Counted from the first letter of the stretch, positions 24,905 to 37,493 are shown. The stretch is 64,000 nucleotides of DNA from Podospora anserina (GCA_017654855.1 CM030335.1:3224001-3288000); one strand, 5' to 3'. The notes: a model not told the origin generated them from the letters alone. Translations and numbers: made by a program.

Positions 24905-27900
24905 TCATGCCGCTTTTATATCTGCCCCGTCCACAACCCATATTGCGAACCGTCCCTCATCACCATCTTCGCTACCAGGAAACTTTCCGTCTGGACACTT
25001 GAAACTGCCCGTGCCTAACCTGTACAGACTATCATGATTCGTGGCCTGTATCTTACTCTCATTCTGGTCGTCGGGTGATTCAGGGACTTTTTTCGACTCT
25101 AGTTCGGAAAGATGAAAGATATTGCCGTCCACGAGTAACGCGAGTACATTAGCGATACTTGTTGGCGGTCGAGGTAGGAATGCAGTGCGCGGCATCAATG
25201 CCCAGTTCACAAGCGAGAAGAAAAGTATTGCGCCAAGTAGCACCTGGATCACTCTGGTTGCCGTTTCGTTCTGGAAAACACGTCCTGATTCCTTCCAGGT
25301 GTCCAGCCGAGAGGAGGTGATCTTGACAGTTGCCTCATAAGTGGTAAAGTTCAGTTTTCCCAGACCCATAGCGTAGAAGATGCCTCGGTCATGCTGCGCT
25401 CGCTCTCCAGGCCCGTCCCGTGAGATACGAGCTTTGATGTTGATGGTTTGTGACATGAACATAATATGTTGGCGTCTGATAGCGCCTATGACCTCTGATG
25501 TTTGTGACGGATCAGAAAATACCGAGATGGGTAGTGTGGGTTGAGATAGACGTAGATAGTTAAAGAACTGATCAAAGCATAGTCCAGGCTGCGCTGCTGG
25601 CAAAGACATGTATTTAGGGTATACCTCTGGCGGGAATTTAGGGCTGGACGCTCGTAGTGGAGGTATCATCATTCTTCTGGACTCTTCTCTTATTCGCGGG
25701 GGAAGATCAGGATGAATGGCAAGTTCAGTGCCAAGAAAGGTGGTTTCAGCTTCGACAACATCTATCGAGTTATTGCAGCGTAGGGCTGAGACGCTCATTG
25801 AAGGGGAACCGCCAGTAGTGGGCCTGGTGTAGGTGCCCCAAACATAGAAGAAGTTGCTGCACGCGCGAACCTGTATATTCGATGTCTCAGCTGGCCCGGC
25901 GGCGCCAGCAAACACGTTGACGGATGTGTCTGCATCGCCTATGGCAAAGAGAGCTGTCGCTGCAAGCTCAGGCGGCGTGATGTTGTTATTCGAACAATAT
26001 TCCCCGGAGACATTGACTCTGATAGTGTCTGCAACCAGAACATCGATTGCGATTTCGTTTTGGCGATACAAATGGCATTCGAAAACAACCGCCAAAACAG
26101 GTATCACCGCCGCAATCTCCAACTCAGACTGGTTTAATTGCTTCTCGTCCGCGTTCAGCCCCTCCAAGGCCAGGGTTGGGTAGACTAGCTCATTGTATGA
26201 CAAGTGTGGTGATGATAGATTGCTTTGCAGCATCAAAGTCATAACAATGCCAAGCTCATCGTAACCGATCCATGACTTCTCAGAGTGCCAGTTGCCATAG
26301 TCTGTATCGCGATAGATGGCAGATGAAAAGGAACCGACCAATCGAAGTTGTTTTTTCAAAACCGTTGGTTTGTCAGCTTCGAAGAATAGCGTAGGTGATG
26401 CCAAGGCTAGCAGGCTCGCCAGCAACGCGGCTATGGTTGATGCGGCCGAAGCTGAGTTTCGTATTTTCAGTTCCTTTATCAAGGCGTGAATTCCTAGAAG
26501 CCCACGGAGATTTAAATTCGTAGATGACCGTTTCGACGCGGGTCTCTCGAGCATACCATAGTAAGGTGTGAGGGTGCGTATGTCCAAGTCCAACGAAGCG
26601 AAAAAGATATTCAATAGGCTTGTGGCGAAGACCGGTAACAGTGTCCAAAGGTAGTTGAGATATTCTTGAGCTTGAATTGCTGGACCGATGCCTTGATTGC
26701 GTGTTGAAATCTGAAGCAGCAACTCGAGGATCACTATGAAACTGAGAGCCACAAGATAAGCCGGGATACGCAAGTACCACTGTAAGGTAAAAGGCTGGTA
26801 TGTATGGCAAGGCTTTGAAGTAGAGCGTGCAGGTAGTTGTGCTAAAAGCTTCGACTCCAGTGATCCAGCTTTCGTCTCGTGAATTCTTTCCTCGGATGTT
26901 GAGGATACCGAGTCTTTGGGATCGTTTTGAAATCCATCGCCAAGACCAGTGCTCAGGTTCTTAACGCCCAAAATTGTTCTCGGATCGCCTCTCAGGCTGA
27001 ATTTATTCGGAATCGCGGATTTCGACAAAGCTAGAGTGATCGCCGAGGCAAAGCACAATCCAGCGATGATTTGGGACGATAGACGCCGAACGATGATGCG
27101 ATCAACTTTGACATAAGCTATGGCGGCGGAGGGGGTTTGAGTCGACTCTATAAGTGTACTGTGTATCAGAAATGTTGTATGCAAGCGGTAATAGTCTTGT
27201 AAAGAAGAGGCTAGTGTGGTGTAGTTAAAAATCCATGAAGACTTTGGAAATGCTTCTTGGCCGAGCCCTAGGTTGAACAGACTGACTCCGTCGACGTCCA
27301 GATCAATGTCATCAAACCCGGACAACCCAGAAACTCGTGTGATGGAGGGAGATTCAAATGGCGAGGTTTCGTCAGTTATTTGCGGGTGAACGTCGCGAAA
27401 AGCCCGACATATGTCCCAGGCATGAAGACGACCAAGCCTCCTCATCTGGGACTGCGTTGACAAAAAGGCGTTCTCTTGGCTGCCCGTACCACGGCCACGG
27501 TGCACCTGAAGATCGAATACAGCGTAACTGGGTCGACAGACAATTTGCTGGCTTTTTCGAAGAACAATAGTCGTGTCGTTGCTTTCAGGAGAGTAGCTGT
27601 AAATGATATCGATTTCCAAAACAACCCACACCAACCGTTGATAATCAGCGTATACCTGATGTGTAGCCTGGTCCGCTTTCTTATTATTATCGCTGGGATA
27701 AGACTCGCATCGGCCAGTCAATACCCGTGCGACAACCCTGACTCTAGAAAGGACATATGGCAAGATCTCTTGCGGCGAGGCTGCTTCCATAGGTACCCGG
27801 AATGAAAAGGCTTGACTTGGTATCTTTATGTAGCAATTTGAGGCCCTGAAACTCAAACCTAAGTTAAAGACGCCGCTCAAATTGGATTGGCGAATCATGC

Positions 27901-28831
27901 TATCTGGGTGGAATCCACTGAGATCTGCCGCCTGGCATTCTAAATTCGAAGTCATGCCTTCGATTTGCGCATGCATCTCCAAGACTGAGTCGGGATCGGG
28001 CTCAACTAACTGATATACAAAGTCTTGCGCGATCCCACGAGGATAGTTCATCCTGTATTCGCGTATGCCGATAGTGTTGAAGAGTGACAGAACCTTTGGG
28101 TTTGCCAGACGTGAGGGGTCATCGAGAAAGGACGTGCGTAGCTCGACAGCGGTGGTGACTTCCATGCTCTTGACTCTAATCATCGAAGACGAAAAGATGG
28201 TCATGATCTTGAGGAACAACGATACAACGGTGGTTCCGGCAACAAGGCGATCCCGATTCCGCATCGCTTGAAAGGGTGCCCGGATCCAGAGCGAGGAAAG
28301 ATAGTCTAATGTAAGACTCTCCTGGACATCCAGCCCAGCTTTCGTGGCGCGAAGTCTGATCCAAGGAGACGAAACTTTTGCGAGGAAGTCGATATAAGAC
28401 CAGACACCAGTGATAAGTATCAGGAGGGGTGTGGGACCATAGGTCCATATGTAGAGCAATGTACCGTTAGCAGACGCTGTTTTCAGGCCTTGATGCCTCT
28501 CAGAGATGACAAAAATTGTTTCCAGTCCGATACCCAATAGCAAAAATGTAGCAATAAAGGCGTGAAACGTTCGTCTCTGAAGCAGGTATGGGCGCCATTC
28601 CCCGTGATCACGCATCTCATCGTGATCGGCACATTCCATTGCGGGTTGGGTCACGTTGCCTGATACTGGGTTTGCAGCGTTTTGTGGCAGTGCACGAGAA
28701 AGTTCGAAAGCCGGTCTTCCTGGAGCCAAGTCCTCGATGTTGAAGCCTTGGACGCGATTCATCATGATCTCTCGATTTGTTGCTCTTGTTGTTGGGAGAA
28801 TATGATCCTTGTCTGGAGTTGCGTGGGTCAT
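24905..28831 (-). CDS. Large intronless multi-pass membrane protein with two DUF3433-like repeats
   Basis: Internal duplication: ..S.RHQGL..WTYGPT..PW..L..LDYL versus ..S.RNQGI..WTLLP..PY..M; C-terminal LPRPPTSIA. About 1308 aa. Confidence 0.75.
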   Translation of the reverse strand: MTHATPDKDHILPTTRATNREIMMNRVQGFNIEDLAPGRPAFELSRALPQNAANPVSGNVTQPAMECADHDEMRDHGEWRPYLLQRRTFHAFIATFLLLGIGLETIFVISERHQGLKTASANGTLLYIWTYGPTPLLILITGVWSYIDFLAKVSSPWIRLRATKAGLDVQESLTLDYLSSLWIRAPFQAMRNRDRLVAGTTVVSLFLKIMTIFSSSMIRVKSMEVTTAVELRTSFLDDPSRLANPKVLSLFNTIGIREYRMNYPRGIAQDFVYQLVEPDPDSVLEMHAQIEGMTSNLECQAADLSGFHPDSMIRQSNLSGVFNLGLSFRASNCYIKIPSQAFSFRVPMEAASPQEILPYVLSRVRVVARVLTGRCESYPSDNNKKADQATHQVYADYQRLVWVVLEIDIIYSYSPESNDTTIVLRKSQQIVCRPSYAVFDLQVHRGRGTGSQENAFLSTQSQMRRLGRLHAWDICRAFRDVHPQITDETSPFESPSITRVSGLSGFDDIDLDVDGVSLFNLGLGQEAFPKSSWIFNYTTLASSLQDYYRLHTTFLIHSTLIESTQTPSAAIAYVKVDRIIVRRLSSQIIAGLCFASAITLALSKSAIPNKFSLRGDPRTILGVKNLSTGLGDGFQNDPKDSVSSTSEERIHETKAGSLESKLLAQLPARSTSKPCHTYQPFTLQWYLRIPAYLVALSFIVILELLLQISTRNQGIGPAIQAQEYLNYLWTLLPVFATSLLNIFFASLDLDIRTLTPYYGMLERPASKRSSTNLNLRGLLGIHALIKELKIRNSASAASTIAALLASLLALASPTLFFEADKPTVLKKQLRLVGSFSSAIYRDTDYGNWHSEKSWIGYDELGIVMTLMLQSNLSSPHLSYNELVYPTLALEGLNADEKQLNQSELEIAAVIPVLAVVFECHLYRQNEIAIDVLVADTIRVNVSGEYCSNNNITPPELAATALFAIGDADTSVNVFAGAAGPAETSNIQVRACSNFFYVWGTYTRPTTGGSPSMSVSALRCNNSIDVVEAETTFLGTELAIHPDLPPRIREESRRMMIPPLRASSPKFPPEVYPKYMSLPAAQPGLCFDQFFNYLRLSQPTLPISVFSDPSQTSEVIGAIRRQHIMFMSQTINIKARISRDGPGERAQHDRGIFYAMGLGKLNFTTYEATVKITSSRLDTWKESGRVFQNETATRVIQVLLGAILFFSLVNWALMPRTAFLPRPPTSIANVLALLVDGNIFHLSELESKKVPESPDDQNESKIQATNHDSLYRLGTGSFKCPDGKFPGSEDGDEGRFAIWVVDGADIKAA

Positions 28832-29441
28832 GCTCACATTTGGGAATCTGCGTCTAAATACGTGCAGATGAACCGTGCTGTTCAGGAGGGACTGACCATC
28901 AGGTACCGCTATACTTAAATTGCACCTAAATTGCGATACGAGCAGTTCTCCCTTTGAGCGGCGTGGTACGGGTCATAGGCAAGGCAGATAACCTATACCA
29001 GGCCACCGAAAGCATCCGAACACGCATATCTATCTGCAGGGATGATAACATCCAGTCCCAGGCTGTCACTTTATATGATGCTCCGAATGTGGTGGCGTTA
29101 GTAAGCTATAAGTTAGTGAAAATCGAGGAGATGATTACAGCTATATACTTACCTTAGACCGGTCTAGCCCTTTCACCGGCACTGGACTTAGAGTTGTTAA
29201 TTCAGGAGGTCACAGCAGCAATCTAGCAAGGAATCACAATATAGGTGTCGATTCACTGAATAAATTAAAGGCGGCGCATAGGTATACAGCCATCGGGCTA
29301 CTAAAGCTTTCTAATTGTCCCTCACAGAGGCAGCAACGAAAAAGGAAAATCACTTGTGCAACTTGAAGTTAAAAAATTAAAAAGCAGTTTGATGATCACA
29401 CACAGTCTTGTGTGGCCAATTGGGAATTTGGCAAAAGCATA

Positions 29442-29523
29442 CGACGCGAGCCGGATTTGAACCGACGCCTCCGAAGAGATGAGATTTCGAGTCTCACGCA
29501 TTAGACCACTCTGCCATCGCGCC
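29442..29523 (-). tRNA. tRNA-Ser (CGA)
   Basis: Reverse complement GGCGCGA..TGGCAGAGTGGT..TGAGA-CTCGAAA-TCTCA, long variable arm CTCTTCGGAG, T-loop GTTCAAATCC, ..TCGCGTC-G. Confidence 0.95.
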
Positions 29524-29930
29524 TTAAACCAGGTTTGGATATTTAACCGAGTTAGATTTAGTGCTTACAAGAGCAGTATTTCTGTGATGTCCTCGGGCAA
29601 TCTCCTTCACAGGAAACTGCCTCCACTTTAGCTCTGACCCGCTAGCCTTTGAGCCCCTGAGCCCCTGAGCCCCTGAATTCAGCCAGAGATACCAATCAAT
29701 GCTTGTCAAGCTTCAGACAAAGGTCCCACTAGAGTTCTGATCACAGACGCAAGGTTGCTCATGCAAGCAAGCACCTGCTAGCTGCTGTGACCCCTCATCA
29801 TCATATGACTGGATTGTTGCCTTACGGGCTCGAAACACAGCCACAGAACCAGTGCCATTTCTGATTTCTGATACTCTCAACCCAACGTCTTGTGTTGTGA
29901 TGCTTGACACCAAACTACAACCTCATCGAC

Positions 29931-32781
29931 ATGGAGACCCTCGAGGGCCTCGGCCTCGCAGCCAATATCCTTCAGTTCTGCCAAGCGGTAGGATCATTCA
30001 TTAACCAGGCCCATGAGATTTACCGTTCAGGCCCGGCCGCACTGGGCAAGGTCAACGATCTTCGCGGTATCTCCAAGGAACTCCATAAGATGCTGTCGGA
30101 AATGCAGCGACAAGATACCCAGATGAAGGAGAAGCACCCGACAGAGACATCGCAGTTGCCACTTCACAATGAGTGCCTCACTCTTTTACAAGACCTCACA
30201 AATTCACTGGATCAGTTGGATTTGCCAGAGAATCCGGGGAAAAAGAGAGTCCATCATGATCGCATTTAGGGCGCGGTGGAATCGCTCCAAACTTGAGGAC
30301 TTGGAGAAACGAATCGAAAGTTTTCGTCAGCAGCTGTTCTTGGTCTTCTCGTCACCATCAGGTGTGTACCTACTTTGTCTCTCAGTGTCAGGTCCCTTTG
30401 GGCATGAGCTGACAGATCTAGAAACTTTGCGATGCAGTCACTTGATCATCAGGAGGCCATTCTTCAAAGACTTGACGGCGTAACTCAGGTGCCACGACCA
30501 GAACAAAGCACTCCAGCCCACGCGCTATTCCAGCATCTCGCCCACAGAGGAGGACTGGATAATTACGCGACAGACTCTATCCGATGGAAAACTCTGCATA
30601 GCTCTACCCTCAATCGTGTCGCCACAGGTCAAGGAGAGATGGTTATCCCCCCAGCAATAGAAAACAAGCTTCAACAGCAGTTCTTGTCTACGGTTCTTGG
30701 CACAGACGGCAAGAATCAACGACAGTCTCAAATCCATGAAGCTCACAAGCGCACATTTGAGTGGATTTTCGACGAAAACGTTGAAGCAGAGCATCCATGG
30801 GACAAATTTGTCGAATGGTGCGAGAAGGATTCCCTGCTGTACTGGATTACAGGCAAGGCTGGCTCTGGGAAGTCAACACTGATGAAATTCATCTCTCAAC
30901 ATCCTCAACTCATGAAGCACCTCCAGGTCTGGTCTAATGGTGCGCCAGTCACCATTGCTTCATTTTATTTTTGGGCGTCGGGAACCGCGATGCAAGCATC
31001 TTCCGAAGGACTGTTTCGGTCCCTGCTCTACCAATTGCTGGACCAGCACAAACACATCATTCCTAAACTCGCGCCTCAGACATGGGAGGGGACCTATCTA
31101 TTCGGAGCGCCAATGCCAATGGTTCAGGCCGATGACCTGCGAAGAATGCTGGGTTTTACGGTTCGTGAAGTGGGCAAAACCTCGAGGATCTGTCTTATCA
31201 TTGATGGCTTGGACGAGTTCGGGGGGAGTACAGATGATGTCCTTGACACCATTGAGGCTTTCACCTCGCATTCCATCAAGGTTTGCGCTGCCAGCCGTCC
31301 TTGGGTGGCTTTTGAGGAGTCATTCTATCAGAAGCCACAACTGCTACTTCAAAACTTGACTCGTCAAGACATGGAGGAGTACACTCAGTCCGCGCTACGA
31401 GGGAACCGTGGTTTTAGGCGCCTTCGAGCGCGCGAGCCCGACTTTGCGGAGCAACTCGCGAAGAATATTGTGGACAAAGCTGATGGTGTCTTCTTATGGG
31501 TGTGTCTTGTTGTGAAATCGCTTTTGACCGGACTGAACAATGACGACCGAATCAGCGATCTCCAAGGAAGGTTGGATGCCTTGCCTCCTGACTTGGAAGA
31601 TCTCTATGACGCAATCATCAAAACATGGGATACCTTCTACTTTGAACATGCCGCTCAATATTTTGAATTGAAAAAGGCACACACAGGCGTGTTAGAAGCG
31701 CGAATCCTGTTTCTCGCAGACGCAGAAAATATTTCTCAGGCCATCGAGATGGACAATCGACCAATCTCACAGGAGGAATATGATTCGCAGCTTTCTACAA
31801 TCAGGCGGCGCCTCAACAGCCGTTGTATGGGCCTGCTCGAGGTAACCAGTATTGGAGATGCTCTGCAGCCACATCCAGTTGAATACCTTCATCGAACTGT
31901 CAAGGACTATCTTAGGAGACACGATGTCCAAGCTCGGCTGCAGGCCGCCACGGAACTGTTCGATCCATATCTGCAACTGTGCGCAGCATACTTGCTATCT
32001 ATAAAATCAATGCCCTCCTACATCACCGGGCAAGATCGGAAGATTGATATCACGTTGCGGGCCTTCGGGGTTATGGTGTCCGCCCGGTGGGTTGCGACAG
32101 GAAATACTGAAATCATGGTAGAGATTCTCGACAAGGTGGCACTTCCTTTGGAGAAAGAGGGTGTTCTTCATAATCAGGAACGATCTCCTTGGTGGCAAAA
32201 CGCTACCTTCTCGAGCCACTAAGGTTTTCTATCTCATGTCACAAGGGAAAATGTGACAGAATACGTCAGAGTTCGCACCGGGAGATCTCTACAAGCCCCG
32301 TCCCTTCTTCTCATAGACGCAGCCTACAGCCGCCCAGACCCCAGCGTCAACATGTTTCAGTTTGCTGTTGAATTTAGGCGCGGACATTAGCTTCGAGCTA
32401 TTGTCGCAAGGCGCTAATACCGGATCGGGAACTAGGTGTACAGTGTGGTCTGAATATCTAGTAGCGTTTGTCTCGCGACAATTCTCAACCATGGAAACAA
32501 TGAATGTAGAGAAGATATGTAGGGTATGGATTCCTGTTCTCCGGCTTTTGTTAGAAATGGCGGCGCCTGTTGAGGGACAAGTTCGGGATTCCCTACAATC
32601 AAGGTGTGCTTCTCTGTTTTCACCACATTACAATATGGAACGACTGTTCATAGGACTGCGACTGCTTCAGGTAGGTAACGAGGAGGACGCATTCAAGTTG
32701 CTTTGCAGGGAGCTACAGAGCATGCAGGAAGCATTTCGTCAAATATCTCGTCAGAAGGAGAAGAAGGTGGATAATACTTAG
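29931..32781 (+). pseudogene. NACHT-type fungal NLR with HeLo-like/SesA-type N-terminus, disrupted by at least 4 lesions; intron 30362-30421
   Basis: METLEGLGLAANILQF; Walker A WITGKAGSGKSTLMK; Walker B CLIIDGLDE; ASRP; KADGVFLWV; LHRTVKDYL. Frameshifts at ~30240, ~30337 and ~32361; nonsense TAA 32220. Confidence 0.8.
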
Positions 32782-35700
32782 GTTGTCTTCACACTGGCAT
32801 CTTAACAACTGCGCTATCTAGTTACCAATGTATCGGCTTAATATCAGGTATCTCTAGTAACAGATCTACGTGTGTTCAATACTCGGAAGCTTATGATAAA
32901 TGTTATGAAAGCACGTTACCCAAGTTTTTAGCAATACCAGTTCTGTGCTGCAACCCACCTCACACATGTGTGACTTAGGTACCCCATGTAGAGATTATTC
33001 ATCTATCTGTAACTATAGATTGGGCAGCATAAATGAGGGAAATGGTAACTCTTGCCATGGCGAGTCACCAAAGACACTCGACCAAGAACAGTGCAGGATA
33101 AACCGACAGACACCTATGTTGGTTCATCTCGTTGACCACCCTGATCATAACAAAAACACCGACTCAGTTCTCAAATACCGTTGGAAATCTCTAACCTTGT
33201 TATCGACATCGATATGTTACCTCGGAACCTTGAGTAGGTACCCTAACCATTCCCTCGGGAAACCATCGCTCAATCCTTTAGTCTCTAAGTGCTGGCGAAT
33301 CTCATGCTCATACGATTTTGTATGACCCGAGTAGTCAGAAATTCTTCATTGTTGGACTTGGCCACACAAACAAGCCTCATAAGCAGCCCCCAATGTCTGC
33401 AAAAAGACCTCATGTGGCGTAGAGCACAATCGAACCAACTTGTCGGGACCGATGAGGCAAATTGGTTCCTCTTCCTCAACTACAGCGCGATGGAATGATG
33501 GCTGGCGGCACCAACCTTCCAGAAAAGACGCCGAACAAACAAACCCTCCGACCATATGTCGTTAGGCTGGGCCGCAGTCGTAGGATCGCAGTTGGGCAGT
33601 CTTCAAGCGCTTAACCGACCCCGAAGGACGTAGGATGGCGTGCATAACTCCAGCAAACATGTGAAAATAGTGTCTGTATGAACAAAATAAGAATCATGAG
33701 ATATTATCCATTCCTCAGGAGGAGCAACTGAAACAAATCTCGTCAGTTGTGTGACCTGTCCACTCATCATGAGCCATCTCATCTTCGTCGCATGATGTCG
33801 TCTGCTGTCGTTCGGAAGGATGACTCAGCCAGGCCTGCCAAGCTTTTAACCCCTCTGCACGAGCCACACAGTGCGCGCTGTTCCACAGTGACTTCCAGCA
33901 TCCAACTCTTGGCACCACTCCAGCACTCTGATGCCCCGAACATCACGAGAACACGAAACAGCCCACGCCCGCATCAAAAACGATATCGCCTCTATCCCCA
34001 ACAAAAAAAACCAGGCTCATATTGCTGCGGCATTGTTGACACATCAATTACGAAGTTATCGCCTCCACTTCGTCGTCGTTATCAAACCCAAGACCCAAGC
34101 GATACGAAATCGATATCTCCGTCCATTCCGTTCCGGCTGCAAATCCAGATCTGTGGCAGTGCTTCGCCTCCCACCTGCACACTTGCGCGTTTTCCTACCA
34201 GTTCGCCCTTGTGGCTCATATCGAATTTCTTCCCCTGATCGGATGAACAGGGTAGAAATGCAAGGCACATCAACTTGAGGCCACCAATCGCTGTTATTCC
34301 ATCCAGTCTCCCTCCCCCCAAAAAACTGCCTGTCATCCTTATCGGTATCGCTATCACCCATACCCCGCGTTGATAGGCCCCTCGGTGGGTAGGTAGGTTG
34401 ACAGAGTCATCGCCGTTAGCTATCAACTTGCGCAAGTGAGAAAGCCACCAAAAGCCACTTACCAACGCGATTGTTGGAGGTTATCATACCGAGATCCTGT
34501 TGTCATGTTTCCGCTAGTCTACGGCAAGGCGAAACGGCCGCACAGAGAGGAAAGTTGAAGAGAGAGAGAGAAGGGGGTTTCGGCGGTATGCATTCCCGAA
34601 ACGGAAGCCCCCCCTGGTGTAAGTGGCTTCAGGGGCTCAGGGGGTGGGTGCGCAACACCACAACAACGATGATGCCCATGGTATTGTATCCAAGCGCACT
34701 TGCGAGGGAGAGCACGCCGCATTTTCATCAGTCTTCTGATGAGTATGGGACATTCACCGGGGCAGGCATTTCTGACTCTACCCCAAAAGTGCAGATTGCC
34801 TGCCTGAAGCCCCAGGTCCAGTAGAAAATAAGATGCTGACCACCAGCAATACCACAATGTCATGCATCGCCTACATGCCCACTCGACAGTACGATGGGTG
34901 AGCAGAGCCCATCTGCCTCAGGGGCTTTTTTTTTGCAAAAGTGACTGATGCCAACTACCTTGTTCAGTACGATATGCCCAGTCAGTCACGACGACAACTA
35001 CTGAAGCCACTGCAGAGAACTTGAGCCTCAAATGTCCATTTCCATTGTTACTCCCCCATCCCGGAGGCTGACGTGAGGCTCTTTCTTTCTGCACATCCCT
35101 CAGACTGGAGTTTTGACACTTCACTGTAAGACAAGCACCCCCAGCCCCCCCGGGCCGGGCAACAAGGCTTCTTTCATCATAGGCCCAGTCTCGCAGCCCC
35201 GGACCGAAAAAGTGTAAATGCCGGAGTTTGTGTTGTCGTGGTCAGCATGTTGGTCTTGGGGGCCCAGGCAGACAGGCCGGCTCATCACACAATTGACTTT
35301 TTCGGATGCGCAAACGATCAATAACAAATGGTTCGGGCAAACGGGTCGTTACCCGCAACAATGACGACAAATGCATCTTTGGCATGGTAGGGATCTGAAC
35401 TTTGCGGTCGCGGTGTCGTGTCGTGTGGTGTGCGGGGTAACAACATTAACAACAACAACACCAGCGATATTCTGACGTGGCATCTCTAACTTACCTACTG
35501 ACCGGATAAGTAAACAACCCAATCAATCATCCACCCACCGCCATCCATCCCTGCATTCGTTAGCACAGCTCAAGGGCAGAAAGCTTCAAGATGAATGACC
35601 CCCAACCAACCCAACCACCTGATTTCCCGACTGTCTGGCCCGGCGGTCAGCATGATAGGTCTGGAGACCTCCAACCTGATGCCCAATAGACGAAGCGGAG

Positions 35701-36287
35701 TTGGAGTGTGGGAGTTTATGCACAATTGCGAGGGAGGGTGACCGCCCTTCCCCAAGTGATCCATCCATCCCCTCACTTTCACTCCTCCCAAACCCGAAAA
35801 CAAGCAAGTGTGTGTGAATTATCTCTTTGCCATTATTCTCTTCTTTGTATGTACCAATTCAGCAGACATGGACAAAAATTATCTTTTGTTGTGATGTAGT
35901 TCTCGGTATTAATCCCTCCCCCACCGCCCCTTAGTACCTATTTGCCCTCTTTATGCTGCAAATGCGAGAGAGAAAAAAAGGCCAGGCTGTATATGTAGTT
36001 TCCGATGAGACACAACAACAAAAAAACAAAGAAAACCCCCTCCTGTACCAATGCAAAGATATAATTCCCGCCCGCCCCGTTCCCAAGTTGTGAACGCCAA
36101 TGTGCTTGCTTGCTTTCCCATTCATGCCTGCCACCCAAAATAAACACCCTCGCGTTCTTTTCTCCCAAAGCGAAAAAAAAAGAAAAGGAAAAACTCCGCC
36201 TTTTAATGCTGATATTAAGTAGAGAAAAAAAAATGAAAAAGTCATCGCGGTCATGATTGTGTTGTGTTGGCGAGGGAAGTAAAGTGC

Positions 36288-37493
36288 TCATCGCACACTA
36301 ACCCCATTAAACATCCTCCCAAACATCTGCTTCATCCCCCCCTTCTTCACCCTCCCCTCCCCAACCACATGATGACCCGAGCTCGGAACCTCATACGGCA
36401 ACAGCTTCTTGGCAGCGACCTTGCGTGTATACTGCTGGTGCGAGTGAACAGTATACATCGCATCCTTCTCCGGCACGCAGGGCAAAACCTCCACCTCGGA
36501 ACCATACAACCCATCCTGCTGTCCCGAGTAAATATACGGCTCCCCTCCCCTCGGCACACCCAAATCATGCTCCTCCTCATCATCATCACCCTCGGGCGTA
36601 GTCGCCCTCGAAGAGCTCATACTACCAGCATACGACGAGCCCGACGAGTACAACCCCGGAGGCGACGGCTCCCTCGAATACCCCCTCGACCTCGAACTCC
36701 CCCTGCTCGAAGAAGGAGTAGCAGCATAAACCTGCTCGGCAGAAACGGCAATCGACGTCTCCCTCGCAACCCGGATCCACTCCTCTTCCTCTTCTTCAAT
36801 CTCCATCCTCCTCTGCCTCTCCATCTCCCTCTTCGCAGCGTGGCGCACCTCCCTCGCGTGGCGGGCCTCAATGTCATACTTGATCGGCGCAAGGAAGTGG
36901 TCTAATTCCCTGTACAAATCCTCCTCGGTGATCCTCAAATCCCAATCGAGCAAAAACAAGAGCTGCTTCTCCATCAGGTTGACCTCGGTTCTCGAAAAGC
37001 CAAAGTTGTACACCTGGGTGGTGATGTAGCTGTAGCTAGCCCAGTGCTTGTTCTTGGGGGAGCTGTCGTTGAGGTACTTGGCCGCGAGGATGAGAGCAGC
37101 AAGGAAGATGCGGTGAGTGGTGCAGCGGAGTCCCTTGGCCATGGGTTGGAGCCGGGACCGGAGCCGGTTGAGGTAGACGAGGGTGGACATGAGGGTCGGC
37201 ACCTGGACGTTGGAGGTGATGACGAGCTGGGTGATGAACTCCTCCAGGGTGGGCAAGGTGCTGTCTTCGCTGCGGACCGCTCTTGGCGGTGGTGTCCTGG
37301 GTGGGGAGGGGTATCTGGTTCTGGTTTCTTGGACGGGTGGTACCATCATGGTTGGGTCGCACGTGATGACGCCGGAAGCGGCGTTGGCGAGGTACCTGAT
37401 CATCTCCTTGTCGACTCTCTTGTAGATAAAGGTCTCGAGGGCGGCGGCGTTGAGCTCAGCAGTGCCGAGGTAGGTTGATGGTATCGACTCCAT
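36288..37493 (-). CDS. Pho85-type G1 cyclin (Pcl1/Pcl2 family)
   Basis: LPTLEEFI..SNVQVPTLMSTLVYLNRL..GLRCTTHRIFLAALILAAKYLNDSSPKNKHW..EVNLMEKQLL.LLDWDL. Confidence 0.9.
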   Translation of the reverse strand: MESIPSTYLGTAELNAAALETFIYKRVDKEMIRYLANAASGVITCDPTMMVPPVQETRTRYPSPPRTPPPRAVRSEDSTLPTLEEFITQLVITSNVQVPTLMSTLVYLNRLRSRLQPMAKGLRCTTHRIFLAALILAAKYLNDSSPKNKHWASYSYITTQVYNFGFSRTEVNLMEKQLLFLLDWDLRITEEDLYRELDHFLAPIKYDIEARHAREVRHAAKREMERQRRMEIEEEEEEWIRVARETSIAVSAEQVYAATPSSSRGSSRSRGYSREPSPPGLYSSGSSYAGSMSSSRATTPEGDDDEEEHDLGVPRGGEPYIYSGQQDGLYGSEVEVLPCVPEKDAMYTVHSHQQYTRKVAAKKLLPYEVPSSGHHVVGEGRVKKGGMKQMFGRMFNGVSVR

